Source: Planctomycetota bacterium | GTDB lineage: Bacteria > Planctomycetota > JAJSAM01 | Assembly (NCBI GenBank): GCA_024274785.1 | Contig: JAJSAM010000071.1 | Coordinates: 24,733-88,732 of the forward strand | Direction of reading: 5' to 3' | Length of the DNA: 64,000 bases | Shown here: positions 18,818-28,171 of the stretch, piece by piece | Layout of the letters: each line of letters begins with the position of its first letter | Position numbering within the stretch: the first letter of the stretch is position 1 | The notes under the pieces: model-generated | Databases searched by the model: none | Told to the model about the DNA's origin: nothing | What the model saw: only the letters and a program-made list of their open reading frames with translations | Translations under genes and position numbers: made by a program

Positions 18818-21800
18818 TCACTTCCTCAACACGAAAATCTGACCATCTTCTGAAGCAACCAGGATCCGGTCGCCCACGGCGGTTGCCGGGACGAGGATCC
18901 GATTCACATCCTCACCGAGTTCCAATCGCCACACCATGTGGAAACGATCGTCCTTGAAGTCCATGGCGGTCAGCAATCCGTCGTCACCGGCAAAGAACAG
19001 GCGGTTTCCTGAGTGAGCGGGCGCGGTCCTCAAGGGCCTCTTCAACTCGAAGGAGTCCACCATCGCTCCGTCGCGGAGGGCGTAAACCCGACCATTGGAG
19101 GTGGCGACGATGACCATTCGTCCAAAGCTCGTGGGGGTGGTCTTGATCTCCGCCCCGGTGGCGTAGTTCCAGAGTTCCCGTCCGCTTTCGAGGTCGAATG
19201 CGTGAACGGTTCCGGTGGTGCTCACGAGGTGGAGTCTGGACCCGCTGATGCTGGGGCCGCCGAGGATGGAGCCCGCGGCACCGCGAGGCATCACGTCGAA
19301 CTCCTTTCGTCCCCGGGCAACGCTCAACCCATAGCAGTGGCCATCCTCACCCGTCACGTACACGCGTCCCTGGTGAACGACCGGATCTCCCCTTACCTCA
19401 GCCGGGAGCAAGGTCTGCCAGGCCTGTTTGCCGGTGACGGCGTCAAACGCGGTCACCCGGCGGGAGTCGTCGCAGACAATCACGAACTCGCCCGCGAGGA
19501 CCACCCGTCGGTACACCGAACCGGGGACGCGCTTCGACCACGTCGGCAGGCGGGTCGCCAGGGAGATGCGCTGCACGCTTCCCTCGATCGTCGCCAGGTA
19601 GAGGTGGCCGTCGCGGACCGCCACCCCTGCCGCGATGCCGCTCAGGCTGTCCGCCCGGTACACCTCCTCGATGGCCCGCTGCTTCGGCTTGATCCGGTAG
19701 ACCAGACTGCTGCGAGTGGCGAGGAACACGTGGTCCCCACTCACGGCCGGCAAACCCTCCACCGAGCCTTCGATCCCCTCCTGCCAATCGACCTCCTTCA
19801 CCAGATCCACGACGATCTCTTCCTGCTCGGAGAGACGCAGGATCTCGGTCTCCCGTTGTTTCAGGTCGAGCCGCAGGACGGTTTTTCCGCTGCGGGCGAA
19901 CCCGGAGTGGCGCAACTCGACAATCGCATCGGCTCCCGGGCGCCAGCGGATCCAGGACGGAGTCAACTTCCCGGTCGTCATTCCGTTCACGTGGATCTCC
20001 GCGCCGGCCGGCCAGGAATTCACCCGAAGAGGGACCCGGACGCGGTCGAGCACCTCCCGGAGGTAGTAATCCCGGATGAGGGCGATCGCGATTTCTCGCG
20101 CATCTCCGAACCGGCCGTCGTCGAAGAGGTTGTCCATCTCCCGTATCCGGTCCGCCACCACAGTCAGGCTCTTCTTCAACTCCTCGATCTTCTGGGGAAC
20201 ATTCAGGTTCTGCAGGGGAGTGTGATCGATCGCCATGTCGGTGGCCCGCTGGTACTTGATCAGTGCCGCGCTCGGTTCGCCCTGCATGAGCAGTTTTTCG
20301 GCGTCGCCCACCAGTCTCACGCTGCATTCCTGGATCTCATCTCTGGCTGCGGCGACGGAACTCTCGAACCTCTCCTTCAGAACATTGAGCTCTTCCTGCT
20401 TCCGGACCGAGTCCTTGTAGGCGGAGGTGTATCTGAACTTCTCCGCGACAGTCATCAACTCCTTGATGTCCTGGTCGATCTGAACACTGAACCGATCGAG
20501 CAGCGCTTCCGCTTCCCGGTAGGTGGCGACCAGGCTCACCACGTTCAGGTCGCCCTTGCTGAGCTCATCCTGCAGTTGTGACAACCTGGCGCTGGCTTGG
20601 GCGATGTTCTTCGACATTTCGGCCAAAGCCTTGCCGGCGCGCTTCTCCTCCGCGGCGAGGGTCGCCTTGCCATCGAGTTCATAGGTGATGTAGGCGTAGC
20701 CGAATCCGCCGAGGACCAGGCAGACCAGGAACGCGATGGCGACCCGCTTCAGCCCCCTGCTCTTGTGCTCCTGGCGGGTCAGCAGGTGCTCCAGCCGCTG
20801 CCTCACATCCGCACGTGAACGATCGATGACGAGGATCTTCCGGAGGAGATTCGTCACCTGCGGCCAGTCCTTGCGCTGGGAATACCAGTCGACCATGGTC
20901 TGGTATTCGGCGACCGCTTCCACGGACATCTTGCCGGACAGGTAGACGCTCACCAGCAGGTGGCGCAGCGCGAATTCCTCCGGCGCCAGGCCGATGGCAC
21001 GCTGAAGAACCTCGATGGCCTGTTCGGTCCGAGCGAGTTCCAGGCAGATTCCGGCGACCACTCTGGCGCGCTCGACGATCTCTTCAGTGCAATCTTCCAG
21101 GTCCCGCTGGTTCTCCGTGTAGATCCGGATCAGGCGGTCCGATGCCGCGAGATCGGTGGGGAGCATCGTTACGATCTTGCGACTGATGTCAAACGCTTCC
21201 TGGGCGTTTCCCGCGGCGAGATTCTGGTCCGTCAGGCGGCGATAAAGGTCGGCCGCGGCCTTGAATTCTCCGGCGCCTTCGTACGCCGCGGCCAGCGCGA
21301 GCTGCTGATCGGGGCTCTCGGCGCCGACTTCGGCAACACGCTCGAGAAACCTGATTCCCTGCTCGACGTCCCCACGCTCCAGCGCTGCCGTTCCCTCCCG
21401 CATGAGCTCGTCCGCGGGGAGGGGCTCCACCGCGCCGGCATCGACGAGAAGCGCCAGGATCTTCAGCACCTCGAACTTGCTGACGTACGAGGAATCGATG
21501 ATCTTCTCGATGTCGCTCCGGCCGTCAATTGCCGCCAGCACCCGGTCGCACCACGGTTCCTCGAAGATGGGGTCCGTCAGGTCCATGTTGCGGCCGGTGT
21601 AGCGGAAGACCACACGCACGGAATCGACGCGACTCTGGATCATCTCCGACTCGTCGATCCGACGGGCGGCCTCCATGATCAGGCTGTTCACGTTGAAGGT
21701 CAGCCGGGAAAGATCCCCTTCGGCCGGGCCGCGATGATCAGTCGGGGCACCTTCAATGAACTCGAAGCTGGCATCCTTCCAGATGAAGAGATTGTAGATC

Positions 21801-22141
21801 TCCTCCTCGATTTCGAGCCGGAGAGCGTCCTGAATGACCTCTCGGGGCACCATCGCGGTCTCTTCCAGTACCGCCCAGAGAGGCTTGTTGTCCTGCTCCT
21901 GGAGGTTCCTGGCAGACTGGAGGTCCTCTTCCGTGATGCGCTGGAATCGCAGCAGGATTCGGCCGAGGGAATCCGAATCCGCAGAGCCTCGGGACAGCAT
22001 GGAAACGCCGTCCTTCGAGAAGTAGATCGACTTGCGCGTATCGCCGTCGAAGATGTTCAGCGTGCCTTCCTTCCTATTGATGGAAAGCATCTGAAACACG
22101 TTCGCCAGATCTACGCTGTTGAGGTTGCCTTTGAGGGCCAT
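18818..22141 (-). CDS. DUF4388-TPR-TM-coiled coil-PEGA-PQQ-like beta-propeller membrane protein
   Basis: MALKGNLNSVDLANVFQML (DUF4388), SLIMEAARRIDE, TPRs, TM helix VAIAFLVCLVLGGFGYAYI, VNSWPAGAEIHVNG..GKLTP (PEGA), repeats such as AFDAVTGKQAW and AFDLESGRELW. Confidence 0.8.
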   Translation of the reverse strand: MALKGNLNSVDLANVFQMLSINRKEGTLNIFDGDTRKSIYFSKDGVSMLSRGSADSDSLGRILLRFQRITEEDLQSARNLQEQDNKPLWAVLEETAMVPREVIQDALRLEIEEEIYNLFIWKDASFEFIEGAPTDHRGPAEGDLSRLTFNVNSLIMEAARRIDESEMIQSRVDSVRVVFRYTGRNMDLTDPIFEEPWCDRVLAAIDGRSDIEKIIDSSYVSKFEVLKILALLVDAGAVEPLPADELMREGTAALERGDVEQGIRFLERVAEVGAESPDQQLALAAAYEGAGEFKAAADLYRRLTDQNLAAGNAQEAFDISRKIVTMLPTDLAASDRLIRIYTENQRDLEDCTEEIVERARVVAGICLELARTEQAIEVLQRAIGLAPEEFALRHLLVSVYLSGKMSVEAVAEYQTMVDWYSQRKDWPQVTNLLRKILVIDRSRADVRQRLEHLLTRQEHKSRGLKRVAIAFLVCLVLGGFGYAYITYELDGKATLAAEEKRAGKALAEMSKNIAQASARLSQLQDELSKGDLNVVSLVATYREAEALLDRFSVQIDQDIKELMTVAEKFRYTSAYKDSVRKQEELNVLKERFESSVAAARDEIQECSVRLVGDAEKLLMQGEPSAALIKYQRATDMAIDHTPLQNLNVPQKIEELKKSLTVVADRIREMDNLFDDGRFGDAREIAIALIRDYYLREVLDRVRVPLRVNSWPAGAEIHVNGMTTGKLTPSWIRWRPGADAIVELRHSGFARSGKTVLRLDLKQRETEILRLSEQEEIVVDLVKEVDWQEGIEGSVEGLPAVSGDHVFLATRSSLVYRIKPKQRAIEEVYRADSLSGIAAGVAVRDGHLYLATIEGSVQRISLATRLPTWSKRVPGSVYRRVVLAGEFVIVCDDSRRVTAFDAVTGKQAWQTLLPAEVRGDPVVHQGRVYVTGEDGHCYGLSVARGRKEFDVMPRGAAGSILGGPSISGSRLHLVSTTGTVHAFDLESGRELWNYATGAEIKTTPTSFGRMVIVATSNGRVYALRDGAMVDSFELKRPLRTAPAHSGNRLFFAGDDGLLTAMDFKDDRFHMVWRLELGEDVNRILVPATAVGDRILVASEDGQIFVLRK

Positions 22142-22386
22142 CTTGCTCCTCGGCCACCGGTTCCTCTACCGGCGGCAGCCTCTCCTTTTCCTTTGTCAAC
22201 CCCCTCCCCGCGACTACGATCGCCGCCGGAAAGAGGTTGGATCCGTGCCACCCCGAACGGTCTTCTCGGGAGCCGGGTCATGCCCCCTGAAAATCGCCGG
22301 GGCCAGGGCCGGCACCTGATCCGTCAGGTTCGCTATCGACCTTCTCCGTCTGGTCACTTGAGGGGGAAAGGGAGGGCGAAGGAGTC

Positions 22387-22953
22387 ATGAAGGGGCTCGC
22401 CATGCGAGTCAGGAACGTGTATCGGCGCTTTGCCGTGCTCCCATTCCTGTTGATTGCCGCCCGCTATCACCGCTACCGCTCCGACCTCGGACAGGCCCGG
22501 GACCACCTGATCAGCGCGACCCGGCTCGTTCCTCGCTGCTTCAAAGCTCACCTGAGACTGGGCGCGCTCTATCTCGAAGAACATCGGTTCCAGCGGGCGA
22601 AACGCGAGTTCCTCCTGGCCCGGGAAATCAACCCCGGCAAGTTCCGGAGACTCTACCCGCTGATCACCGGTCGATCCGGGGACATCAACATCAACCTGTT
22701 CTACTTTCCGGGCTTCACCGATCTGGAGTCGGAACAGGCGCCGGAGGACTTCCTGCGGGAGTTCATCGGTGAACCGCTCGACGAACTCGGCGCGGGGGCC
22801 GGCGACGAAGGTGTGGTCTGGGGAGATTTCGCGTCTTACCGCGAGTTTCGGAAGTTCCAGGAGATGGGGCCGTTTCAGCCCGAGGAGACCGATCAGGTCG
22901 ATTGGAACGAGATCTTGCGTCGCCTGCCTGACGAGGACGAGCCGACCGGATAG
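22387..22953 (+). CDS. Hypothetical protein with a TPR-like motif and acidic C-terminus
   Basis: AHLRLGALYLEEHRFQRAKREF TPR-like segment; AGGAG RBS. Confidence 0.6.
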   Translation: MKGLAMRVRNVYRRFAVLPFLLIAARYHRYRSDLGQARDHLISATRLVPRCFKAHLRLGALYLEEHRFQRAKREFLLAREINPGKFRRLYPLITGRSGDININLFYFPGFTDLESEQAPEDFLREFIGEPLDELGAGAGDEGVVWGDFASYREFRKFQEMGPFQPEETDQVDWNEILRRLPDEDEPTG

Positions 22954-22965
22954 GATGACCTGTCC

Positions 22966-24321
22966 ATGTGTGAGGGAAAGTCCGAGCAGAACCCCGACCG
23001 GGATCCGGATGGGAATCACGGCGGGGACCACGATGCCACAGAAACCGGCTGCTTCCGGCCCGGCGATACCTTCGCCGGGTTCCTGACCGGGGACCGGGAG
23101 CGCGACCGGCGTAACGTGGACATTCTGCTGGACACGATCGCCGAGGTGAATCGCACCCGCGACCTCGAGACGCTGCTGGTCTCGGTGGTCGACCGCACTC
23201 TCCGGTTCACGATGGCCGAGCGCGGCATCCTGATGCTCTACGATTTCGCGGGCAAGCTCCACATCCACGTGGCTCGCGACAACTGCGGCAACTTCCTCGA
23301 CCACCATCTCGACTACAGCCGGCCCGTTCCGAACCAGGTCCTCGAGGACGGCAAGGCGGTCTGCATGACCTCTACCGCCAGCGAGAACCGGATCTCCCTG
23401 ACCCAGTCCAGCCAGCACCTCGGCCTGCTCACGGTGATGTGCGCTCCCCTCTCGGTCCAGGGCCGCGTCATCGGCGTCCTCTACGTGGACAGTTCGGCCC
23501 GCTCCCGCAAGTTCACCGACGGGGATTTCAGCCTCTTCAAGGCCCTCTCCTACCAGTTGGCCATCGCGATCGAGAATGCCCGCATGGCCAGGAAAGAGAG
23601 CGGTCTCTCGCTCGCTCGCGATCTGCAGCGCAGCCTGATGCCGACGGAAGCCGTCGCTCTGCCCGGATTCGACATCCATGGCCTCTCCCGGATGTGCGAC
23701 GAGGTCGGCGGTGACTATTTCGACTACATCCGGCACAAGGAGGGGCGGCTCGGCCTGGTCGTCGGGGACGTTTCCGGGCACGGATTCGTCGCCGCCCTGC
23801 TCATGGCCACCGGGCGGGCGCTCCTTCGGGCCTACGCTTCGACCGAATCGGACCCGGCGCGCGTGGTGACCCTCCTGAACCGCGAACTCGCCCGGGACCT
23901 GGCGACGGACCAGTTCATGACGATCTTCTACGGAGACCTCGATCTTGAGCGGCGATCGATCCGTTACGCCACGGCGGGGCACTGTGATCCGATCCTGCTT
24001 CGCGGAACCTCGGGTAATATCGAGACCCTCGCCGGTCGTGGGATGGGGCTCGGCTTCGACCGGAACTACACCTACTCGGACTTCGGGCCGGTCAGCCTTC
24101 GAAAGGGCGACGTTCTCCTGATCTACACCGACGGCATCCCCGAAGCTCGCAACCCCCAGGGTGGCTTCTTCGGCATGGAACGGGTCCACGAGATCCTGGC
24201 CGAGCGGCACGACACCGCCCGGGCTCTCGTGGAGCAACTCGTCAGCGAGGTTTCGGAGTTCTCAGGGGGAACCGGCTACGCGGACGATCTGACCGTGATC
24301 GCCGTGCGCGTCACGGAGTGA
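22966..24321 (+). CDS. GAF + SpoIIE/PP2C serine phosphatase (RsbU-like)
   Basis: VMCAPL..IGVLYVD (GAF); VGGDYFD, VGDVSGHG, YTDGI and DDLTVI (PP2C). Confidence 0.9.
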   Translation: MCEGKSEQNPDRDPDGNHGGDHDATETGCFRPGDTFAGFLTGDRERDRRNVDILLDTIAEVNRTRDLETLLVSVVDRTLRFTMAERGILMLYDFAGKLHIHVARDNCGNFLDHHLDYSRPVPNQVLEDGKAVCMTSTASENRISLTQSSQHLGLLTVMCAPLSVQGRVIGVLYVDSSARSRKFTDGDFSLFKALSYQLAIAIENARMARKESGLSLARDLQRSLMPTEAVALPGFDIHGLSRMCDEVGGDYFDYIRHKEGRLGLVVGDVSGHGFVAALLMATGRALLRAYASTESDPARVVTLLNRELARDLATDQFMTIFYGDLDLERRSIRYATAGHCDPILLRGTSGNIETLAGRGMGLGFDRNYTYSDFGPVSLRKGDVLLIYTDGIPEARNPQGGFFGMERVHEILAERHDTARALVEQLVSEVSEFSGGTGYADDLTVIAVRVTE

Positions 24322-24423
24322 GGTGGGCCGACCGCGTGCCGGCGCGGCACGAGCATCGCCACAAAGAGCCATGTCCGCCTGCACCCATTCGGGCCGCCGT
24401 CCCGTTCTCGACTCACCCGAACA

Positions 24424-25245
24424 TCACCTCCCCTGCCCCTGCTCCTCCTCCGCTTCCTCCGCCTCCCGCTCCTCGATCTGCTGCAGCACCCAGCGGATGT
24501 AGACGGCGAACGCCTTCAAGGACCGGAAGCGATGGTCGCCGCCGGTCATGCCCGAAAGCCACACCTCGGTGCGAGGGGGGAGTTCCACCGCCGGATGCCT
24601 TGCCTTGATGTCTCCGAGCAGCAGTTTCAGGTTCTCCCGGCTGGTGGGCCGCATCCGGGTCTTCAGGTAGTCGTAGGAGAAGTTCCCGGCGTCGATGGCG
24701 AAGGTCGGTTTCTCCTCGCCGAAGCCCACGATGGCCATCAGCAGCGGACTCCTGGATTTCCCCCGCGTGGTGGCCATGGCCGCGGAGCCGATGGTGTGGT
24801 CCGCTCCGCGAGTGGGCGTCGAGGATGCCTCTCCACCCTTCCAGGCTCCGTAGACCCGATCCTCTTCACCGGCGGCCAGGGTCACCTCACCCACGGCCAC
24901 CAGCTTGATCTCCTTCCAGGGCAGGAAGGGCGGAGATGGCGGCTCGGCCGCCCTGAGGAACAGCCCTTTCTGCATGGGGTCGGCCTGCCGGACGCGGAGC
25001 GCGGGGAGAAGCCGGGGCATGTGGATCTCGGGAATCGCTTTCGCCACGACCTCCGCCTTGCCGAGGGCCGCAAACACCGCGTCGAGGTGAGCGGCATCCA
25101 CGGATTCGATCAGGATCCAGGGGTGTTCCCGCAAGGCGCGGGTCAGTGCACCGGTGGGACGATCGAGGATCTCCGCGAGGTGCGCGGCGAGGGCCGGGGC
25201 GGGGACGTTCGACTCCGACTTCAGCAGGACTGCGTAGCTCTCCAT
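24424..25245 (-). CDS. Hypothetical protein
   Basis: ATG at 25245; globular-looking sequence with coding codon bias, downstream of the lipoate ligase gene. Confidence 0.6.
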   Translation of the reverse strand: MESYAVLLKSESNVPAPALAAHLAEILDRPTGALTRALREHPWILIESVDAAHLDAVFAALGKAEVVAKAIPEIHMPRLLPALRVRQADPMQKGLFLRAAEPPSPPFLPWKEIKLVAVGEVTLAAGEEDRVYGAWKGGEASSTPTRGADHTIGSAAMATTRGKSRSPLLMAIVGFGEEKPTFAIDAGNFSYDYLKTRMRPTSRENLKLLLGDIKARHPAVELPPRTEVWLSGMTGGDHRFRSLKAFAVYIRWVLQQIEEREAEEAEEEQGQGR

Positions 25246-25270
25246 GACCGACCATTCTAGTCGCTGCGGC

Positions 25271-26005
25271 CTATCGCTTGAAGAGCCAGTCCTCCGTTGC
25301 GTACCGATCCGCGGCGAGCCTCCCGGCGGCCGCGGCCTCGTCGCGCGTCGGAGCACCGGGGATCATGCGGATCCCGAGGGCGCGTTCCGCCGCACGGGCC
25401 ATGGCGCTCTCGAGATCTCCGCAGGTGACGTCAGCCACCGCGGCTTCGGGGGTGAAGGGGTTCGGAGCGATCGGGATGGAACCGTGCATCAGGAAGCCGC
25501 TTCCGGACCGGCGCTGGGCTGAACCCACCAGCTTGCGGTCGCCGAGGACCAGGTCGAAGGACGTGGAGTGATAGAAGCACCAGAACTCCCCGGGATCGCC
25601 CGTATCCGATCGCAGCGGGCGTTTCCGGCGCATCTCCACCGGAGCGCCGAGTTCTCCCATTGCTTCGCGGATAAACCCGTGTACGACACCGTACGCGCCT
25701 TCCGCCTCCCGGGGGAAACCGGGTTCGTCGAGCGGGCAGACCACCGCGTAGGTGAGCTCGGGGCCGTGAAAAATCGCCCCGCCGCCGGTGGGCCGCCGGG
25801 TGACCCCGAAGCCCTCATCCCGCACCATGGCCAGCCGGTTCGGGTCCGCCGTCTGGAAGTACCCGAGCGAGAGTGTCCACGGATCCCACGAGTAGGTTCG
25901 CAGCGTGGGGACGATGGGGTCCGCCCGCAGGAGCGCTTCGTCGAGCGCCATGTTCTCCGCGGATCCCAGTGGACCGGACCTGATCCATCGCCATTCCCGT
26001 AACAT
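25271..26005 (-). CDS. Lipoate-protein ligase A family protein (LipM-like octanoyltransferase)
   Basis: NMALDEALL, LSLGYFQ, RRPTGGGAIFH, KLVGSAQRR and HGSI motifs. Confidence 0.88.
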   Translation of the reverse strand: MLREWRWIRSGPLGSAENMALDEALLRADPIVPTLRTYSWDPWTLSLGYFQTADPNRLAMVRDEGFGVTRRPTGGGAIFHGPELTYAVVCPLDEPGFPREAEGAYGVVHGFIREAMGELGAPVEMRRKRPLRSDTGDPGEFWCFYHSTSFDLVLGDRKLVGSAQRRSGSGFLMHGSIPIAPNPFTPEAAVADVTCGDLESAMARAAERALGIRMIPGAPTRDEAAAAGRLAADRYATEDWLFKR

Positions 26006-26071
26006 GGCGACGAGGATACCCCTCCGAAAGGGTGAGCCGTGTCGGGAAATGCAGGCTAAGATTCCCGGTCC

Positions 26072-26773
26072 ATGAAACGATCGTGCAGCGCAAGGCAACC
26101 TCCGAAGTTCCGCGAACGGGCGAGGGTATGGTACGAGCGCCGGGGGCTGAAGAAGGGGATCCGTCATCTGGTCAACATCGGGGCGCTCACCCTGCTCGGA
26201 CACTCGGATGACCTCACCGATGAGCTGGACTGGGCTCTCGAACGACGGGTCTCGGTCGATCTGATCCGGGAAGTGTTCCTCCAGACCATGCTCTGCGCGG
26301 GCTATCCCCGTGCTCTGCATGCGTTCGAGAGGCTCGATGATGTCCTTAAGTCCAGGAAGCTCAGGGTTGCTCCGAGGTGCGACCGGGTTCCGCATCGCGC
26401 CACGGCCGGGGTGTTCTATCGCCGCCGCGGGCGGGAACTGTTCGAGGAAATCTACCGCGACGACACCTCGCTGGTGATGGCGAGGATCTCCGGTTTCCAT
26501 CCGGAGTTCATGGACTGGATCACGGAGGATGCCTACGGGAAGGTGCTTTCGCGGCCGTACCTCGACCTGATGACCCGCGAGATCCTCTCGTGCTGCCTGC
26601 TGGCGATTCTGAAACTCCCCCGCCAACTCACCCCCCACATTCGGGGTGCGCTCCGGGCGGGGGCGAAGGTCCGGGAGATCTCCGAGGCGATTTCGCAACT
26701 CGAACTGTTCATTCCCAGGCGCGCGGTGAAGGCGGCCCTGCTTCGCCTCGAGCGGGCGAGGACCACGCTCTGA
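26072..26773 (+). CDS. Tandem carboxymuconolactone decarboxylase (CMD/AhpD-like) family protein
   Basis: EVFLQ..AGYPRAL, AYGKVLSRP.LD..TRE and HIRGALRAG motifs. Confidence 0.72.
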   Translation: MKRSCSARQPPKFRERARVWYERRGLKKGIRHLVNIGALTLLGHSDDLTDELDWALERRVSVDLIREVFLQTMLCAGYPRALHAFERLDDVLKSRKLRVAPRCDRVPHRATAGVFYRRRGRELFEEIYRDDTSLVMARISGFHPEFMDWITEDAYGKVLSRPYLDLMTREILSCCLLAILKLPRQLTPHIRGALRAGAKVREISEAISQLELFIPRRAVKAALLRLERARTTL

Positions 26774-26777
26774 CTGT

Positions 26778-26801
26778 GGGGCCGCGCAAGAATAACTTCG
26801 G
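26778..26801. repeat. Solo terminal repeat of the MITE family
   Basis: GGGGCCGCGCAAGAATAACTTCGG matches the MITE ends and runs into the GGAGG RBS of the next gene. Confidence 0.7.
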
Positions 26802-26812
26802 AGGAACACCCC

Positions 26813-28171
26813 ATGTTTCGCTCGGTACTCGTAGCAAACCGCGGCGAGATCGCCCAACGGATCCTCAAAGCCTTGCAGGAACTCGGCATCCGATCGGTGG
26901 CCGTCTTCTCCGAGGCCGACCGGGATTCGCCGCATCTCGAGTGGGCGGACGACGCCATCTGCATCGGGGGATCACGGAGCGGGGAGAGCTACCTGAACAT
27001 GGACGCGGTGATTCAGGCTGCGCTTCTCTCGGACTGCCAGGCGGTCCATCCGGGGTTCGGTTTCCTTGCCGAGAACGCGCTCTTCGCCGCCATGTGCGGA
27101 CAGGCGAAGCTCACCTTCATCGGTCCCTCGCCCGCCGCCATCCGCGACATGGGCGTGAAAGCATCGGCGCGCGAGACGATGCGCGCGGTGGGGCTGGAGC
27201 CGATTCCCGGTTCGAAGGGTATTGTCCGCACGCTCGCCGCCGCCCGCGAAGTGGCCGCATCGATGGGCTACCCGGTGTTGCTGAAGGCCAGCGCCGGCGG
27301 TGGGGGGCGGGGGATGCGCGTCGCGGAGGACGAGGCGGGTCTTTCGACGGCGTTTTCCCAGGCGAGGATGGAATCCGAGAAGGCGTTCGGCAACGCGGAT
27401 CTCTATCTCGAGAAGTTCATTCGGGGTGGTCGCCACATCGAGTTCCAGATCCTGGCCGATGTCTACGGCAACGCCGTTCACCTCGGGGAGCGCGAGTGCT
27501 CGGTCCAGCGTAACCACCAGAAGCTGGTGGAGGAGTCGCCTTCGCCGGTGGTTTCAGCGAAGCAGCGCGCGGAGGTGGGGGCCCGGGTTGCCGCGGCGGT
27601 GGCGAAGATCGGTTATACCAACGCCGGCACGGTGGAGTTCCTCCGGGACACCGACGGCACCCTCTACTTCATGGAGATGAACACCCGGCTGCAGGTGGAG
27701 CACCCGGTGACGGAGATGGTCACCGGCTTCGATATCGTGAAAGAGCAGATCGCCATCGCCGCGAACCGCAAGCTCTCCATTTCGCAGGACAACGTGAAGA
27801 TGACCGGCCACGCGATCGAGGTGCGGATCAATGCGGAGGATCCGGCCGAGAACTTCCGGCCGACACCGGGAGAGATCCGGGTCTTTGCGCCGCCGGCGGA
27901 GGGCGATGGTGTCCGGGTCGATACGCACGTCAGGCCCGGCACCGTGGTGCCGCCCTTTTACGACTCCATGATCGCCAAGCTGATCTGCCGCGGGCCGGAC
28001 CGGGCCTCCACGATCGAGAAGACGGTCGAGGCCTTGCACGACTTCAGGATCGAGGGGGTCAAGTCCACGATCCCGATCCACCTCGAGATCCTCGCTTCCG
28101 AGGAGTTTCGGAGTGGTGCATACGACACCCGGCTCGTGGCGAGCCTTCTTGAGAAGAACGGGGTGGACTGA
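26813..28171 (+). CDS. accC: Biotin carboxylase subunit
   Basis: [47 protein letters not shown] and RINAED motifs. Confidence 0.92.
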   Translation: MFRSVLVANRGEIAQRILKALQELGIRSVAVFSEADRDSPHLEWADDAICIGGSRSGESYLNMDAVIQAALLSDCQAVHPGFGFLAENALFAAMCGQAKLTFIGPSPAAIRDMGVKASARETMRAVGLEPIPGSKGIVRTLAAAREVAASMGYPVLLKASAGGGGRGMRVAEDEAGLSTAFSQARMESEKAFGNADLYLEKFIRGGRHIEFQILADVYGNAVHLGERECSVQRNHQKLVEESPSPVVSAKQRAEVGARVAAAVAKIGYTNAGTVEFLRDTDGTLYFMEMNTRLQVEHPVTEMVTGFDIVKEQIAIAANRKLSISQDNVKMTGHAIEVRINAEDPAENFRPTPGEIRVFAPPAEGDGVRVDTHVRPGTVVPPFYDSMIAKLICRGPDRASTIEKTVEALHDFRIEGVKSTIPIHLEILASEEFRSGAYDTRLVASLLEKNGVD

